Under the pieces are notes generated by a model. The model was not told the origin of the DNA. It ran no database searches and was given only the letters and a program-made list of their open reading frames with translations. Position numbers and translations under genes: made by a program. A DNA stretch of 64,000 nucleotides from the NCBI GenBank assembly GCA_021740645.1, contig JAIOZL010000003.1, positions 50,179-114,178 of the forward strand, read 5' to 3'. Positions 19,429 to 29,860 of the stretch are shown in pieces (position 1 is the first letter of the stretch; each line of letters starts with the position of its first letter). The DNA is from Bacteroidales bacterium. Lineage in GTDB: Bacteria; Bacteroidota; Bacteroidia; Bacteroidales; JAADJA01.

Positions 19429-22400
19429 TTAATCAGGTACCTGAACAGCCTGGCCTTCATTAGGTCGCCAGTAATCATTTTTGTCAGTATTGTCTACCTG
19501 CGAATCTAAATTTAAATCCGATTGGAAATAACCGGAAACTCCTGCTTCATCCACCCAATTGATATTTTTATCCAAATTATCAATAATACCGTTTGCATTA
19601 GCATCTCCGGAAATCATCCCCCATATATCGGTAGCAATTTCTTTCACTGCCAGGCTGCCGCCATAAGCCTGATTATTATCGTTGGTAAAGTCATAACTAT
19701 ATATACCTCCAAAAATTTGTTTTAATCCATAAGCAGACATGATTCCTAAATGGTTTCTGTGTCTAACAACGGCATATAAACTATCGGAATAATTAACAAA
19801 AAACCGAAGGTTGCTTACCCCATCAAGCCCCTTAACTCTTCCGTCATTTAAGATAAACCCGGCTTGTTGCGCTATGGTAGTACTTTGCGTTGCGATGGAT
19901 GAATTGGACGCATCTCTTAATTCAATCAAAACCCAGTCGACGATATCCTGGTTAGGAATTTGAGTTACATTTTCCAGGCCTGGATAATTCCATGGTTCTA
20001 CATTGTATGGTTGTGAAAGTGGGAAGCCCTCGACAGGTTCAAGCTGACCCGTTAAATAGGTATTCATGGTTGTTCCGTTAAAAGGCCCTTCAAGAAAAAC
20101 CTTAAGGCTAAGATTTATTTCTGGTGCATTGGATGCCCCTGGTGTGGAATTGGTCATAAAAACCCATTCCTCATTACCATCCGATATCCTTCCATAGGAA
20201 ATATCTGTCGATTGAGGACCAAAGGTTATAGAGTCCAATACTGTGACACCATCCTCATCATAAACACCAATATATTCTCCACTGGCAGCCAATTTCATCT
20301 CAAGATGCAGAATACCATCTGCTCCATCAGAATCTGCCCAGAACAATAAAAATTCGCCGGGTAAAATAATAGTTGAGTCAGGTGAATTATCCGAAACATG
20401 ATGCTTGGTGGGATCATAGACAAAATCTGTAAAGTATTTCCCACCAATATTTATATATTGCTCACCTGCGTTATAGAGTTCAATCCAGTCTTCAAATTCA
20501 CCTTGCGGGTCAGGAATAATATTATCATTATCTGCCATAAATTCATTGATATACAGTTGAACAGGTGCCTGAATTGAGTTTTGTTCTCCAGGGGTTCCAC
20601 CCATGACAAAACTGGCTCTCCAGTTTATTGCAAAATCATTATTGAGGGTATCACTTTTAAGTTCAAGTGTTGGTCCATAGCCATCCGGTAAATTAGTCCA
20701 GGGGTTGGAATCATAATAATGAACAGAATCAACTATTTCCTCAAAATTATTATAGAGTCTCAATACTTCATCAGTGCCACTCAGCCCATAATCCAGGTTT
20801 CCAAGAATATTATTTATTTCGGGATATACAGATTTAAACTGGGCTGTATCGTTGCATAAAACAACATAACTATTGGCAGCAATTACATATTCCTGAGGAA
20901 TCACAAAAATATGAGCATCATTTTCATCTTTAAATACCCACCCTGATATATCAATAGGAAATAATGACCTGTTCTTTAATTCTACCCAATCGCCCGAGTT
21001 GGAAGTGGTCAATGAATTATAATTTATTTCATTAATTATAACAGAGTCTCTAAGTTCTTTCACCTTGAACATGGCAAGTATATTATCCCCCATTGTCAAA
21101 TTTAAAGTTACATCTTCAATCGTGTCAATTGGAAAAACGGTATGATTGTTTAAAACCCATTTATCAAATTCGTAATTGGGGTTGGTTGGAATGGCTTTTA
21201 ATTTATTTTCTATCCCACCAAAATAATCCCCGCTCCATACATATTGATCCAACACCATTGAGTTGAGTTGTACATTTCCAACACCGGCAGGTTCCACGTC
21301 AACTGTAATTTCATAAGGGCCATCCAGATTATAACAATCCTTTAATCCTCCTGCTAAGTAGTCGTGCCTGGCAGTAATAAAATTCCTGATTTTTTGAACG
21401 TTATTCTCCCATTCATTCACACTGCCTCCCCATCGGGCAACCTGGTTGGGAAATTCTGGTGCCATTTTACTTTCAATGGAATCTAAGTACGCAATCATTC
21501 TTTCGGGTTGAAAAACAGTATTGTAAAGATCGATATAGCGTGTAATATAATACTGGTCAAATTCGGGGTTATCCCTTAATTTATTTAGCAGATAAATGTG
21601 TTCTTCAGGGTCACTATTCAAACCTTCGGGAAAACAAGGTGGCACTGTCGGACTTATTCCAGGTACACCGGTATAATTTATATAGTGGGCAAAAGTAGCA
21701 TCTTCATCCCACAATATATATCCCCATTTCTTATGCCCACCATCAGGATTAAGGCCTTTCCACCATCCGACATTCCAGTTAATCCAGTCGGAACAAACCA
21801 CGAAAGAATTAATATGAACATAATCAACCAGGCTGGTATAATCATATTGCGATTTTACATAATCAAAGTTCGACTGATTACTCATATCATTGTATTTGAT
21901 AAAATCATGTAGCGTATTCCAGTCGTTCCATGCTGCCTGCCCGCCATATTCAGCCCAACTCCAACCCCAAAGCTTAAGGAAATAAATATTGTATTTATCC
22001 TGGTTATAATAATATTCAGTATAATCGTGATCACTCACTTTTTCGCGGAAGCCATAAATTCCCCAGTATTGTCCATTCACATAAAGAACGCCCTTTTCTC
22101 CCCTACGAACATCAAGGTTCATATCGCCTATTTCGGCTGTATTTTGCACAAAATAATCTCTTAGCAGGGCGCTTGAATCTATACCCGGATAATTATCATC
22201 ACCTGCTGCCCGGAGAATAATCCTTTGAAACTCATCCCGATCAGTGAGAGGAATAATGTTATCCCTGATGGCGTAGTTAATTCCGCATTCATCACGAGAA
22301 ATATAATCGATGCTTCGCTGGTCATGAACCCAGGAATCCTGACCGTGCTCATTAAACTCACCATAACCAAATGTCGTCCGGTTACCCTTTTCATTGAAAT

Positions 22401-23277
22401 ATTCGAATGTACCGAAAGGCCTGAGTGATTGATTTCCATTAAGGAGATTATCCAAATCTTCAGCCGAAGTTGACATTACGGCCATAGTATGTGTAACATC
22501 AATAAAATAAGTATTAAAAACCACCAGGCTTTTTAATATCGCACTGTTTGTACTGTAGGTCCGGGCTATTAAAATCGTTGTGGATGTAATACTGATTGGT
22601 CCGGTATATAAAGGGGAAGCGCCGGTGGGTTCCGTTCCATTGGTTGTATAATGAATTTCAGAATTTGGTTCGGTTGTCGTTAATTCAACCAAAACGGAGC
22701 CTGTGTAAAATCCGGCTTCAACGCTCATAGTTGGCTTTTCGCAATATCTTAAATAGGCATTGGATGTATTGTTTGAATTGCCCGGAGTTTCCGTACCAAA
22801 TACACTCCAGTTCTCCGAGCCATCGATTGTTCTTCCTCTTGAATGCCCTCTCCTGGTTATCAGTAATTGAACAGAATCAACCAAACTGCTGTCGGGTAGC
22901 GACAAAATAATATGTTCAGGATCATCTTTTGTTTGAGATAATTTAAAATTAGAATGGTAATGCCCCCCCGATACTTCATCTCTTCCCGAAGCCCATATTG
23001 TAATAAACCCACCGGCAGGAATAGTTATTCCAGCCGGGAATTGCCATTTTGTTTTATTTAAAGTTTTGTCGCTTAGGAAATAACCGCCAATGTCAACTGT
23101 GCTGCCACCCGCATTATACAATTCAATCCAATCCTCATATTTCGAATAATTATCGGCAATGGTACTTAAGTTTGAGGCAGAATATTCATTTATTACTACC
23201 TGGCAGGATGCAGGTTGCAGATTTAAGCTTATGATAATAAGTAGAATCAGTGAAAAATATTTAGTAGATCGTTTCAT
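19429..23277 (-). CDS. Secreted CotH-kinase family protein with lamin-tail domains and a dockerin/EF-hand-like C-terminal module
   Basis: Signal peptide; three LTDs (INE..DWIELYN/DWVELKN..TPG); HYTTNGTEP; CotH core (LYVNGQYWGIY, SDW..WN, WDED); C-terminal LKVFLEGPF..GDANANG..DLNLD. Confidence 0.88.
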   Translation of the reverse strand: MKRSTKYFSLILLIIISLNLQPASCQVVINEYSASNLSTIADNYSKYEDWIELYNAGGSTVDIGGYFLSDKTLNKTKWQFPAGITIPAGGFITIWASGRDEVSGGHYHSNFKLSQTKDDPEHIILSLPDSSLVDSVQLLITRRGHSRGRTIDGSENWSVFGTETPGNSNNTSNAYLRYCEKPTMSVEAGFYTGSVLVELTTTEPNSEIHYTTNGTEPTGASPLYTGPISITSTTILIARTYSTNSAILKSLVVFNTYFIDVTHTMAVMSTSAEDLDNLLNGNQSLRPFGTFEYFNEKGNRTTFGYGEFNEHGQDSWVHDQRSIDYISRDECGINYAIRDNIIPLTDRDEFQRIILRAAGDDNYPGIDSSALLRDYFVQNTAEIGDMNLDVRRGEKGVLYVNGQYWGIYGFREKVSDHDYTEYYYNQDKYNIYFLKLWGWSWAEYGGQAAWNDWNTLHDFIKYNDMSNQSNFDYVKSQYDYTSLVDYVHINSFVVCSDWINWNVGWWKGLNPDGGHKKWGYILWDEDATFAHYINYTGVPGISPTVPPCFPEGLNSDPEEHIYLLNKLRDNPEFDQYYITRYIDLYNTVFQPERMIAYLDSIESKMAPEFPNQVARWGGSVNEWENNVQKIRNFITARHDYLAGGLKDCYNLDGPYEITVDVEPAGVGNVQLNSMVLDQYVWSGDYFGGIENKLKAIPTNPNYEFDKWVLNNHTVFPIDTIEDVTLNLTMGDNILAMFKVKELRDSVIINEINYNSLTTSNSGDWVELKNRSLFPIDISGWVFKDENDAHIFVIPQEYVIAANSYVVLCNDTAQFKSVYPEINNILGNLDYGLSGTDEVLRLYNNFEEIVDSVHYYDSNPWTNLPDGYGPTLELKSDTLNNDFAINWRASFVMGGTPGEQNSIQAPVQLYINEFMADNDNIIPDPQGEFEDWIELYNAGEQYINIGGKYFTDFVYDPTKHHVSDNSPDSTIILPGEFLLFWADSDGADGILHLEMKLAASGEYIGVYDEDGVTVLDSITFGPQSTDISYGRISDGNEEWVFMTNSTPGASNAPEINLSLKVFLEGPFNGTTMNTYLTGQLEPVEGFPLSQPYNVEPWNYPGLENVTQIPNQDIVDWVLIELRDASNSSIATQSTTIAQQAGFILNDGRVKGLDGVSNLRFFVNYSDSLYAVVRHRNHLGIMSAYGLKQIFGGIYSYDFTNDNNQAYGGSLAVKEIATDIWGMISGDANANGIIDNLDKNINWVDEAGVSGYFQSDLNLDSQVDNTDKNDYWRPNEGQAVQVPD
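20030..20049 (-). repeat. REP half-element in frame inside the CotH gene
   Basis: Minus-strand GGTCAGCTTGAACCTGTCGA matches GGTCATGTTGAGCCTGTCGA (40199-40218) at 17/20; encodes GQLEPVE. Confidence 0.6.
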
Positions 23278-23595
23278 AATATGAGCAGTATTTAATTGTG
23301 TGTTTATACAAAAGTTATTGGGAAAGAAAATAGTCGATTAGATGTTTTAAGCAAGGAAAACTTATCAATTCTAATTAAATCTCTAAAAAAAATTTCAACT
23401 TCTTAGTTCCAATATTTTGATTTACACAAATGTACTAATATTTTAAATTCGATTTTGCTGCTAGAATTCTTGAAAATGTAGTAGACTGCCCGATAAATTG
23501 GTTACCGAAATCCTATTGAAAATGTGAAATTTCAGTACTTGAATTTGGCGAAAAAAACATTTACTGATGAGTTTGTTGGAGTTTCTTATAATAAT

Positions 23596-24495
23596 TTAAT
23601 TCTTCTTTAATATATAATCGAAGATATTGGTCAATTCATCTGGTAAAAACCATCTAATATCTTTGTCCCGATTAAACCACGTCATCTGCCTTTTAGCATA
23701 GCGCCGGGTATGGGTTTTGATTTTTTCGATGGCCAATTCCATGCTCCAATCCCCGTCGAGGTATTTGAACATTTCTTTGTATCCAACCGTATTTAAGGCA
23801 TTCAGATCACGAAATTTCAGAAGTCCTTCGACTTCTTGAAGCAAACCGTTTTCAATCATTTGACCCACCCTCTGATGAATTATTTCGTTTAGCTCATGAC
23901 GAGGTTTTGTGAGCCCGATTTTTATAATATTAAATTCCCGCTCCTTTTTTGATTTCTTTCTGAGGTCAGTAAAAGTCTGGCCAGTCATTAAACAAACTTC
24001 AAGCGCACGAAGCAAACGGTTTGGATTATTCAGGTCTACAATGTCAGAATAGGCAGGGTCTAGTTTTTTTAGTTGTTTTTGCAGAGAGGCAATTCCATTT
24101 TCCTGCAGTTGTGCTTTCAGTTTATTACGTATATCCTCATCAGGATCCGGCAGGTCATCAATCCCAAAACATACTGCATCGATGTATAATCCGGAGCCAC
24201 CCACCATAACAGCATAATCATTTTTTGTAAAATAGTTTCTCAGAAAATTTAAAACATCGTTTTCATAAGATGACACATTATAATAATCTGTGACGGAAAG
24301 GTGCCCGACAAAATGATGGCTGGCCATTGCAAGTTCTTCCTTTGATGGGGCAGCCACTCCTATTTTTAGCTCTTTATAAAACTGACGCGAATCAGCGGAG
24401 ATAATTTCAGCATGGAATTCCCGTGCAATGTTTATCGCCATGGAAGTTTTACCTATAGCTGTCGGGCCGCAAATAACAATAAGGGATTTTTTCAA
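23596..24495 (-). CDS. miaA: tRNA dimethylallyltransferase
   Basis: GPTAIGKT, ISADSRQ, VGGSGLY, TRRYAKRQMTW. Confidence 0.97.
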   Translation of the reverse strand: MKKSLIVICGPTAIGKTSMAINIAREFHAEIISADSRQFYKELKIGVAAPSKEELAMASHHFVGHLSVTDYYNVSSYENDVLNFLRNYFTKNDYAVMVGGSGLYIDAVCFGIDDLPDPDEDIRNKLKAQLQENGIASLQKQLKKLDPAYSDIVDLNNPNRLLRALEVCLMTGQTFTDLRKKSKKEREFNIIKIGLTKPRHELNEIIHQRVGQMIENGLLQEVEGLLKFRDLNALNTVGYKEMFKYLDGDWSMELAIEKIKTHTRRYAKRQMTWFNRDKDIRWFLPDELTNIFDYILKKN

Positions 24496-24522
24496 AATGG
24501 GTATTCTTATAAAAAGCAGGCA

Positions 24523-25077
24523 CTAAGGGTCAATGCTGGTATCATTCTCATTAAATTCCTCCAGGGTATCACCCAGCAATTCATCAAAATCTTCAAGCAA
24601 TTGTGCTCTTACCTCCTCATCATCTTCAAAACTTTCTTCAGGAATCGGGTCTTCAATGGGTTCTCCCCTTCTCAGAGTGCAACGTGGATATGGATCATCA
24701 TCTTTTTGCTTATACACACTCAGCAATTCGATAAAGAAAGTCTTTAAGTTAATAAAGTCATATTCATAAAGTAAACGCTGGTGTGGCTCATTTATGAAAT
24801 TCCGGATCTTTGATTCGTGCATGATGTGAGTATCCTCCACCATTTTTCCAACTTCATCCTCACTTTCACCATCAAGCATATCAATAAGTGTTATTTCGGT
24901 GTTTTTATTCCACTTTTGATCACAAATGTGGAAAGAGGCAAGGTCGTTATCTTTGAGGTTTACACAATCCGCAATGGCATCATGGAAGTCTTTAAAAGTT
25001 TGTGCAGCCTGGATTTCAATATCTCTGACAAAATTATCATTTTCTCCACTCAACATCCTAAACTTATAAATGTGCAT
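24523..25077 (-). CDS. pRiA4b ORF-3 / IS1096-passenger TnpR-like protein
   Basis: FVRDIEI..TFKDFHDAI, ASF, LLYEYDF, YPRC; acidic tail; next to miaA. Confidence 0.8.
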   Translation of the reverse strand: MHIYKFRMLSGENDNFVRDIEIQAAQTFKDFHDAIADCVNLKDNDLASFHICDQKWNKNTEITLIDMLDGESEDEVGKMVEDTHIMHESKIRNFINEPHQRLLYEYDFINLKTFFIELLSVYKQKDDDPYPRCTLRRGEPIEDPIPEESFEDDEEVRAQLLEDFDELLGDTLEEFNENDTSIDP

Positions 25078-25135
25078 AAGGCAAAAATTATTTATATCAA
25101 TATCAAAAATAATAAATTCTGAAGAAATAGCCCAA

Positions 25136-26569
25136 CTACTTTTTTATTTTCTCCGGATTAGCTTTCAGACCCAATTCTTCACCCTTTTTTAGCATAAATT
25201 TAAAAGCCGGTTGAAATTCATTTGGAATAATACCATCAAGGATTCCTTCACGAATGGCAGTTTTAATTTCTCCGATCATTTTCCCAGGTTTTAGATTAAA
25301 GGTTGCCATAATCATTTCACCGGTAATGGGAGGTTGCCAATTCCGAATCATATCTTTTTCTTCAATCTCAATAAGTTTTTGTCGCACTACACTGAAGTTT
25401 TTCAGATAATTTTTAACTTTCTCCTTATTTTTCGATGTGATATCAGCTTCACACAATAACATCAAATCATCCGTTTCTTTCCCTGAATCGTATAATAGTC
25501 TTCTGATAGCAGAGTCTGTAACATGGCTTTCAGCCAAAACAATTGGCCTGAGATGAAGACGAACAAGTTTTTGAACATATTTCATCTTATCATTCATAGG
25601 AAGTTTTAATTCCCTGAAAATTCCGGGTACCATTTTTGCTCCCAGGAATTCATGCCCATGAAAAGTCCATCCCGTAGCCGGATCAAAGCGTTTGGTCGCA
25701 GGTTTTGCAATATCATGAAGTATTGCTGCCCAACGTAACCATAAGTTGTCTGTAGTTCTGGCTAAATTATCAAGAACCTTTATTGTATGGTAAAAATTAT
25801 CTTTATGCCCTTTCCCATTGATGATTTCCACCCCTTTCAGGTCCTGCATCTTTGGGAAGATTATCCGAAGCAGCCCTGACTCCTCAAGCATTCTAAATGC
25901 AATTGAAGGTGTATCTGATAAGATCATTTTATTTACTTCATCAATGATCCTCTCTTTCGAAACAATGCTAATTCTTGAAGCATTTCTGCTTAACGCTTTG
26001 GTTGTTTCTTCTTCAATAGTAAATCCTAACTGGGACGCAAAACGGATTGCCCTTAACATTCTCAATGGGTCGTCAGAAAATGTGATATCTGGATCAAGAG
26101 GTGTACGGATAATACCAGAGTCAAGGTCCTTTAGACCCCCGAAAGGATCTGTTAGCTCACCAAAATTATGTTTTTGAAGGCTGATGGCTAAGGTATTGAT
26201 AGTAAAGTCGCGCCGGTTTTGATCGTCTTCCAGGGTTCCATTCTCAACTACAGGTTTGCGGGAATTTTCCCGATAGGATTCTTTTCTGGCGCCCACAAAT
26301 TCAATTTGCCACTCCGCATCTTCCCGATAATTTACCATGGCGGTCCCAAAGTTCTTGTAGACAGAAACATGCGATTTCTTACCGATTTTTTCAGCAAATT
26401 TTTGTGCCAGGTCAATTCCACTTCCAATGGCTAACACATCCACATCTTTACTTTCACGGCCCAACAAATAATCTCTCACGTAACCTCCCACCACATAAGC
26501 CGGAAGTTCCAGCTCTGCAGCAGCATCAGATATTATTTGAAAAAGCGGGTTTTCTATAGCTTCCAGCAC
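25136..26569 (-). CDS. cca: CCA-adding tRNA nucleotidyltransferase with HD domain
   Basis: VGGYVRD, KDVDV, RRDFTIN, DDPLRMLR, LHDIAK; start moved to GTG 26569 because the track's TTG lies inside the TAATTTTG promoter element. Confidence 0.9.
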   Translation of the reverse strand: MLEAIENPLFQIISDAAAELELPAYVVGGYVRDYLLGRESKDVDVLAIGSGIDLAQKFAEKIGKKSHVSVYKNFGTAMVNYREDAEWQIEFVGARKESYRENSRKPVVENGTLEDDQNRRDFTINTLAISLQKHNFGELTDPFGGLKDLDSGIIRTPLDPDITFSDDPLRMLRAIRFASQLGFTIEEETTKALSRNASRISIVSKERIIDEVNKMILSDTPSIAFRMLEESGLLRIIFPKMQDLKGVEIINGKGHKDNFYHTIKVLDNLARTTDNLWLRWAAILHDIAKPATKRFDPATGWTFHGHEFLGAKMVPGIFRELKLPMNDKMKYVQKLVRLHLRPIVLAESHVTDSAIRRLLYDSGKETDDLMLLCEADITSKNKEKVKNYLKNFSVVRQKLIEIEEKDMIRNWQPPITGEMIMATFNLKPGKMIGEIKTAIREGILDGIIPNEFQPAFKFMLKKGEELGLKANPEKIKK

Positions 26570-26596
26570 GTAATATATTTTTGGCAAAATTAGAAA

Positions 26597-26626
26597 ATAA
26601 ACCGGAAAATCAATGCTCCGGTTTAT
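26597..26626. promoter_or_regulatory. Perfect 10-bp inverted repeat upstream of cca
   Basis: ATAAACCGGA-N10-TCCGGTTTAT. Confidence 0.45.
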
Positions 26627-26913
26627 GTCGTGTTTTTTCGCCCAAAACCAAATGTAAGACGTTCTATTTAAAATTTATTGAAGATACCTATTTTCATGGT
26701 GTATGACATTTTATTGGTGTAATTTTTTTCTTTAAAAATAGAGGGTGAGAATCAAAAACAAACTACATAAAGATAATCACGTGCTTACTAAAATTATCCG
26801 AACCCTTTCAATTTTATAAAATACCTCCGCACTTATTTTCAAAAAAAAAACAATAGAAATAATATTTATTTATATTTGCGTAGGAAATTATTTACTAAAT
26901 TATTCGATTAAGC

Positions 26914-27327
26914 ATGGAAGAGTTAGAAAACAAAGGACAAGAAAAAGTTCAATCAGAACATGATAACGAACAGGACAGACAAGAGATTTTTTCAAAAACA
27001 GTGAGGGCTGGTAAACGAACTTATTTCTTTGATGTAAAATCTACAAGAGCTGGTGAATATTATCTAACCATTACAGAAAGCAAGCGAAGATTTAACAACG
27101 ATCAGGGCAAATTCTTCTACGAAAAGCATAAGCTGTTTTTGTATAAAGAAGATTTTGAAAAGTTTGCCGATGGATTATCCACTACCATTGAATTTATTCA
27201 AACTGGTAAAGAACCAGAAGAACCTGTGCAGGAAACTTTAAATGAAAAAAATCCACATTTGGATGTTGAATTTGAAGATCTTGGCACAGAAACCTCTGAT
27301 TCAGAAGACACTGAAAACCAAGATTAA
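26914..27327 (+). CDS. DUF3276 / PUR-like nucleic-acid-binding protein
   Basis: IFSKTVRAGKRTYFFDVK..YLTITESK..EKHKLFLYKEDF; TATATTTG at 26871. Confidence 0.9.
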   Translation: MEELENKGQEKVQSEHDNEQDRQEIFSKTVRAGKRTYFFDVKSTRAGEYYLTITESKRRFNNDQGKFFYEKHKLFLYKEDFEKFADGLSTTIEFIQTGKEPEEPVQETLNEKNPHLDVEFEDLGTETSDSEDTENQD

Positions 27328-27508
27328 ATTTTTTTTCTTTCTTGCTGCTGACAACAATACCTTAACCTGCGGAACTTCCTATATTTCGCAGATTGATATT
27401 AACATTCTATGTTGAATTGTTAATATTTTATTCCAATCCCTTTTTCCTTATATTGTATTTTTGTGGGAAGTCATAATTATCATTCATTTCAATTAATCCA
27501 AGGATTTT

Positions 27509-28324
27509 ATGGGTAAAGTAATTGCTTTGGCTAATCAAAAAGGGGGCGTAGGAAAAACCACATCCTCAATTAACCTGGCTGCCGGTTTTGCAATTCTTGA
27601 GTACAAAACATTACTCATAGATGCAGATCCACAGGCTAATGCAACTTCAGGAGTGGGTATTGATCCTAAAAATGTTAAAACAAGCATTTATGAGTGCATC
27701 ATTGATGAGGTAGAGCCTGCCAACATCATATTAAAAACTGATACTCCCAATCTTGATCTCATCCCTGCTCACATCGATCTGGTAGGCGCCGAAATAGAAA
27801 TGATAAACTTGCCTAACAGGGAAAAAATGATGCGTAAGGTTATTGCAAAGGTGAAAGATGATTATGATTTTATTGTGGTTGATTGTTCACCCTCCTTAGG
27901 CTTGATAACCGTGAATGCACTTACAGCGGCTGACTCAGTTATCATTCCTGTTCAATGCGAATATTTTGCCCTTGAAGGATTGGGCAAATTACTTAATACT
28001 ATAAAAATTGTTCAGTCGAGGCTAAATCCCGACCTGGATATTGAAGGTATTTTATTAACCATGTATGATCAGCGACTAAGACTTGCCAAGCAGGTTGTGG
28101 AAGAAGTAAAAACCCATTTCCAGCAAATGGTCTTCAGCACAATCATACACAGGAACACTAAATTAGGCGAAGCTCCAAGTTTTGGAGAAACCATTATTAT
28201 GCACGACGTGAATAGTTCAGGGGCTATTAATTACCTGAATCTAGCCAGGGAAATTCTTCAAAATAATGGTTTAACCAATATTCCTGAAAAAGATAAACAA
28301 ATCCAAACGATAAATGAAAACTAA
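27509..28324 (+). CDS. parA: Chromosome partitioning ATPase ParA/Soj
   Basis: NQKGGVGKTT, DADPQANAT, DCSPSLG, PVQCEYFALEG. Confidence 0.96.
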   Translation: MGKVIALANQKGGVGKTTSSINLAAGFAILEYKTLLIDADPQANATSGVGIDPKNVKTSIYECIIDEVEPANIILKTDTPNLDLIPAHIDLVGAEIEMINLPNREKMMRKVIAKVKDDYDFIVVDCSPSLGLITVNALTAADSVIIPVQCEYFALEGLGKLLNTIKIVQSRLNPDLDIEGILLTMYDQRLRLAKQVVEEVKTHFQQMVFSTIIHRNTKLGEAPSFGETIIMHDVNSSGAINYLNLAREILQNNGLTNIPEKDKQIQTINEN

Positions 28325-29210
28325 AAAATCAGCTCTGGGGCGTGGCTTGAGCGCAATTCTGGAAAGTCCTGAAACTGATATCACTTCTAAGGATATTTCA
28401 GGGAATTATGTAGTGGGTGCCATTGCGAACTTATCATTGGATAAAATTGAGGCCAATCCTTTTCAACCAAGGGATCGTTTTGAAGAGGTATCTTTACGCG
28501 AACTAGCCAAATCAATAGAAGAACAAGGGATTATCCAGCCTGTTACCGTGCGTAAATTAGGATATGATCAATACCAGCTGATCTCAGGTGAACGACGGTT
28601 CAAAGCTGCACGTATGGTGGGACTTAATGAAATACCCTGTTATATTCGTGTGGCCAACGACCAACAAATGCTTGAATTGGCCCTGATCGAAAACATACAC
28701 CGAAAAGATCTGAATCCAGTTGAAATTGCCATCAGCTACCAGCGATTACTTGAAGAATGTAAGATTACCCAGGAAGAACTAAGCGATAAGGTTGGAAAAG
28801 ACCGCAGCACTATTACTAACTATATTCGATTGTTAAAACTTCCCCCACAGGTTCAGCTCGCCCTGCAGGAAGAAAAACTGTCAATGGGTCACGCCAGGGC
28901 AATCATAAATATTGAAGATGAGAATACCCAACGAGATATTTTAAACCGGATCATTAAAGAAAATCTCTCCGTCAGGGATGTTGAAAATATAGTGAAATCC
29001 TTATGCACAAAAGAAAATTCAAAAGCAGGGAAAATCATTCCTGAACTGGACGAAAAACATTTCGAGGCCAGGGGCCAATTAGAAAACAACCTTGAAACCC
29101 CGGTAAATATCAGGAGAAATAATAATGGCAAAGGAAGCATCGTTATCTCCTTCAAATCAGAAAGGGACTTCGACAGGATAATGTCAGTTCTTGAAAAATT
29201 AAAACATTGA
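28314..29210 (+). CDS. parB: Chromosome partitioning protein ParB/Spo0J
   Basis: ALGRGLSA, NPFQPR, GERR, ENIHRKDL, HTH. Confidence 0.96.
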   Translation: MKTKKSALGRGLSAILESPETDITSKDISGNYVVGAIANLSLDKIEANPFQPRDRFEEVSLRELAKSIEEQGIIQPVTVRKLGYDQYQLISGERRFKAARMVGLNEIPCYIRVANDQQMLELALIENIHRKDLNPVEIAISYQRLLEECKITQEELSDKVGKDRSTITNYIRLLKLPPQVQLALQEEKLSMGHARAIINIEDENTQRDILNRIIKENLSVRDVENIVKSLCTKENSKAGKIIPELDEKHFEARGQLENNLETPVNIRRNNNGKGSIVISFKSERDFDRIMSVLEKLKH

Positions 29211-29845
29211 AAGTTTTAGCAAAATTTACAATTGCTCATTTACCTAAAAAAGAATCACTGGTTTTTCTTTCCATATGTATTCTTTTTATTATCCCGAACA
29301 AAGTATCGTATTGTCAGGACTCTGATTCACTTAAAAGTATTCAGAATAAATCCAGGACCGATACTACTTTGTCTTTGGCACATTCCCCTCATAAAGCCTC
29401 ACTTTATTCCATGGTTTTACCCGGTCTAGGACAGGCATATAATAAAAAGTACTGGAAAATTCCTGTCGTGTATGCTGGTTTTGGAGTTTTTTATTACCTC
29501 ATAAAGTTTAATGATAAGGAGTATAAAGCCTGGAGAGCGGCCTATTATCATAATCTCAATAATATAGATGGGACTGAGCCGCCAATAAACGAATACGAAG
29601 AAAAATATGGAGATGATCCGGAATTTCTAAAAGCCAATAAAGATTTTTACCGTCGTAACCGCGACCTTAATTATATCCTTACTGGCTTGTGGTATATGCT
29701 TAACGTGGTGGATGCAACCGTAGATGCTCATCTTTACACCTGGGAAGTGGATGAAAATCTTTCCATTAGAGTTGAACCACAGATTTACAATGGGTTCACT
29801 GGTTTTAAACCTGCAGGAGGTTTAAAATTATCCCTTCGATTCTAA
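29207..29845 (+). CDS. DUF5683 domain protein
   Basis: HSPHKASLYSMVLPGLGQAYNKKYWKIP, DATVDAHL; between parB and dapB. Confidence 0.85.
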   Translation: MKVLAKFTIAHLPKKESLVFLSICILFIIPNKVSYCQDSDSLKSIQNKSRTDTTLSLAHSPHKASLYSMVLPGLGQAYNKKYWKIPVVYAGFGVFYYLIKFNDKEYKAWRAAYYHNLNNIDGTEPPINEYEEKYGDDPEFLKANKDFYRRNRDLNYILTGLWYMLNVVDATVDAHLYTWEVDENLSIRVEPQIYNGFTGFKPAGGLKLSLRF

Positions 29846-29860
29846 ATTATCAAATTCATT

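Noticed and set aside
24523-25077. Possible IS element suggested by the IS1096-passenger TnpR family name
   Set aside because: No transposase or terminal repeats; the gene sits in a cca-miaA housekeeping context.
27509-29210. parAB as a plasmid or prophage partition cassette, or a nearby parS
   Set aside because: The parA-parB-DUF5683-dapB order is chromosomal; no GTTCCACGTGGAAC-like palindrome was spotted by eye.
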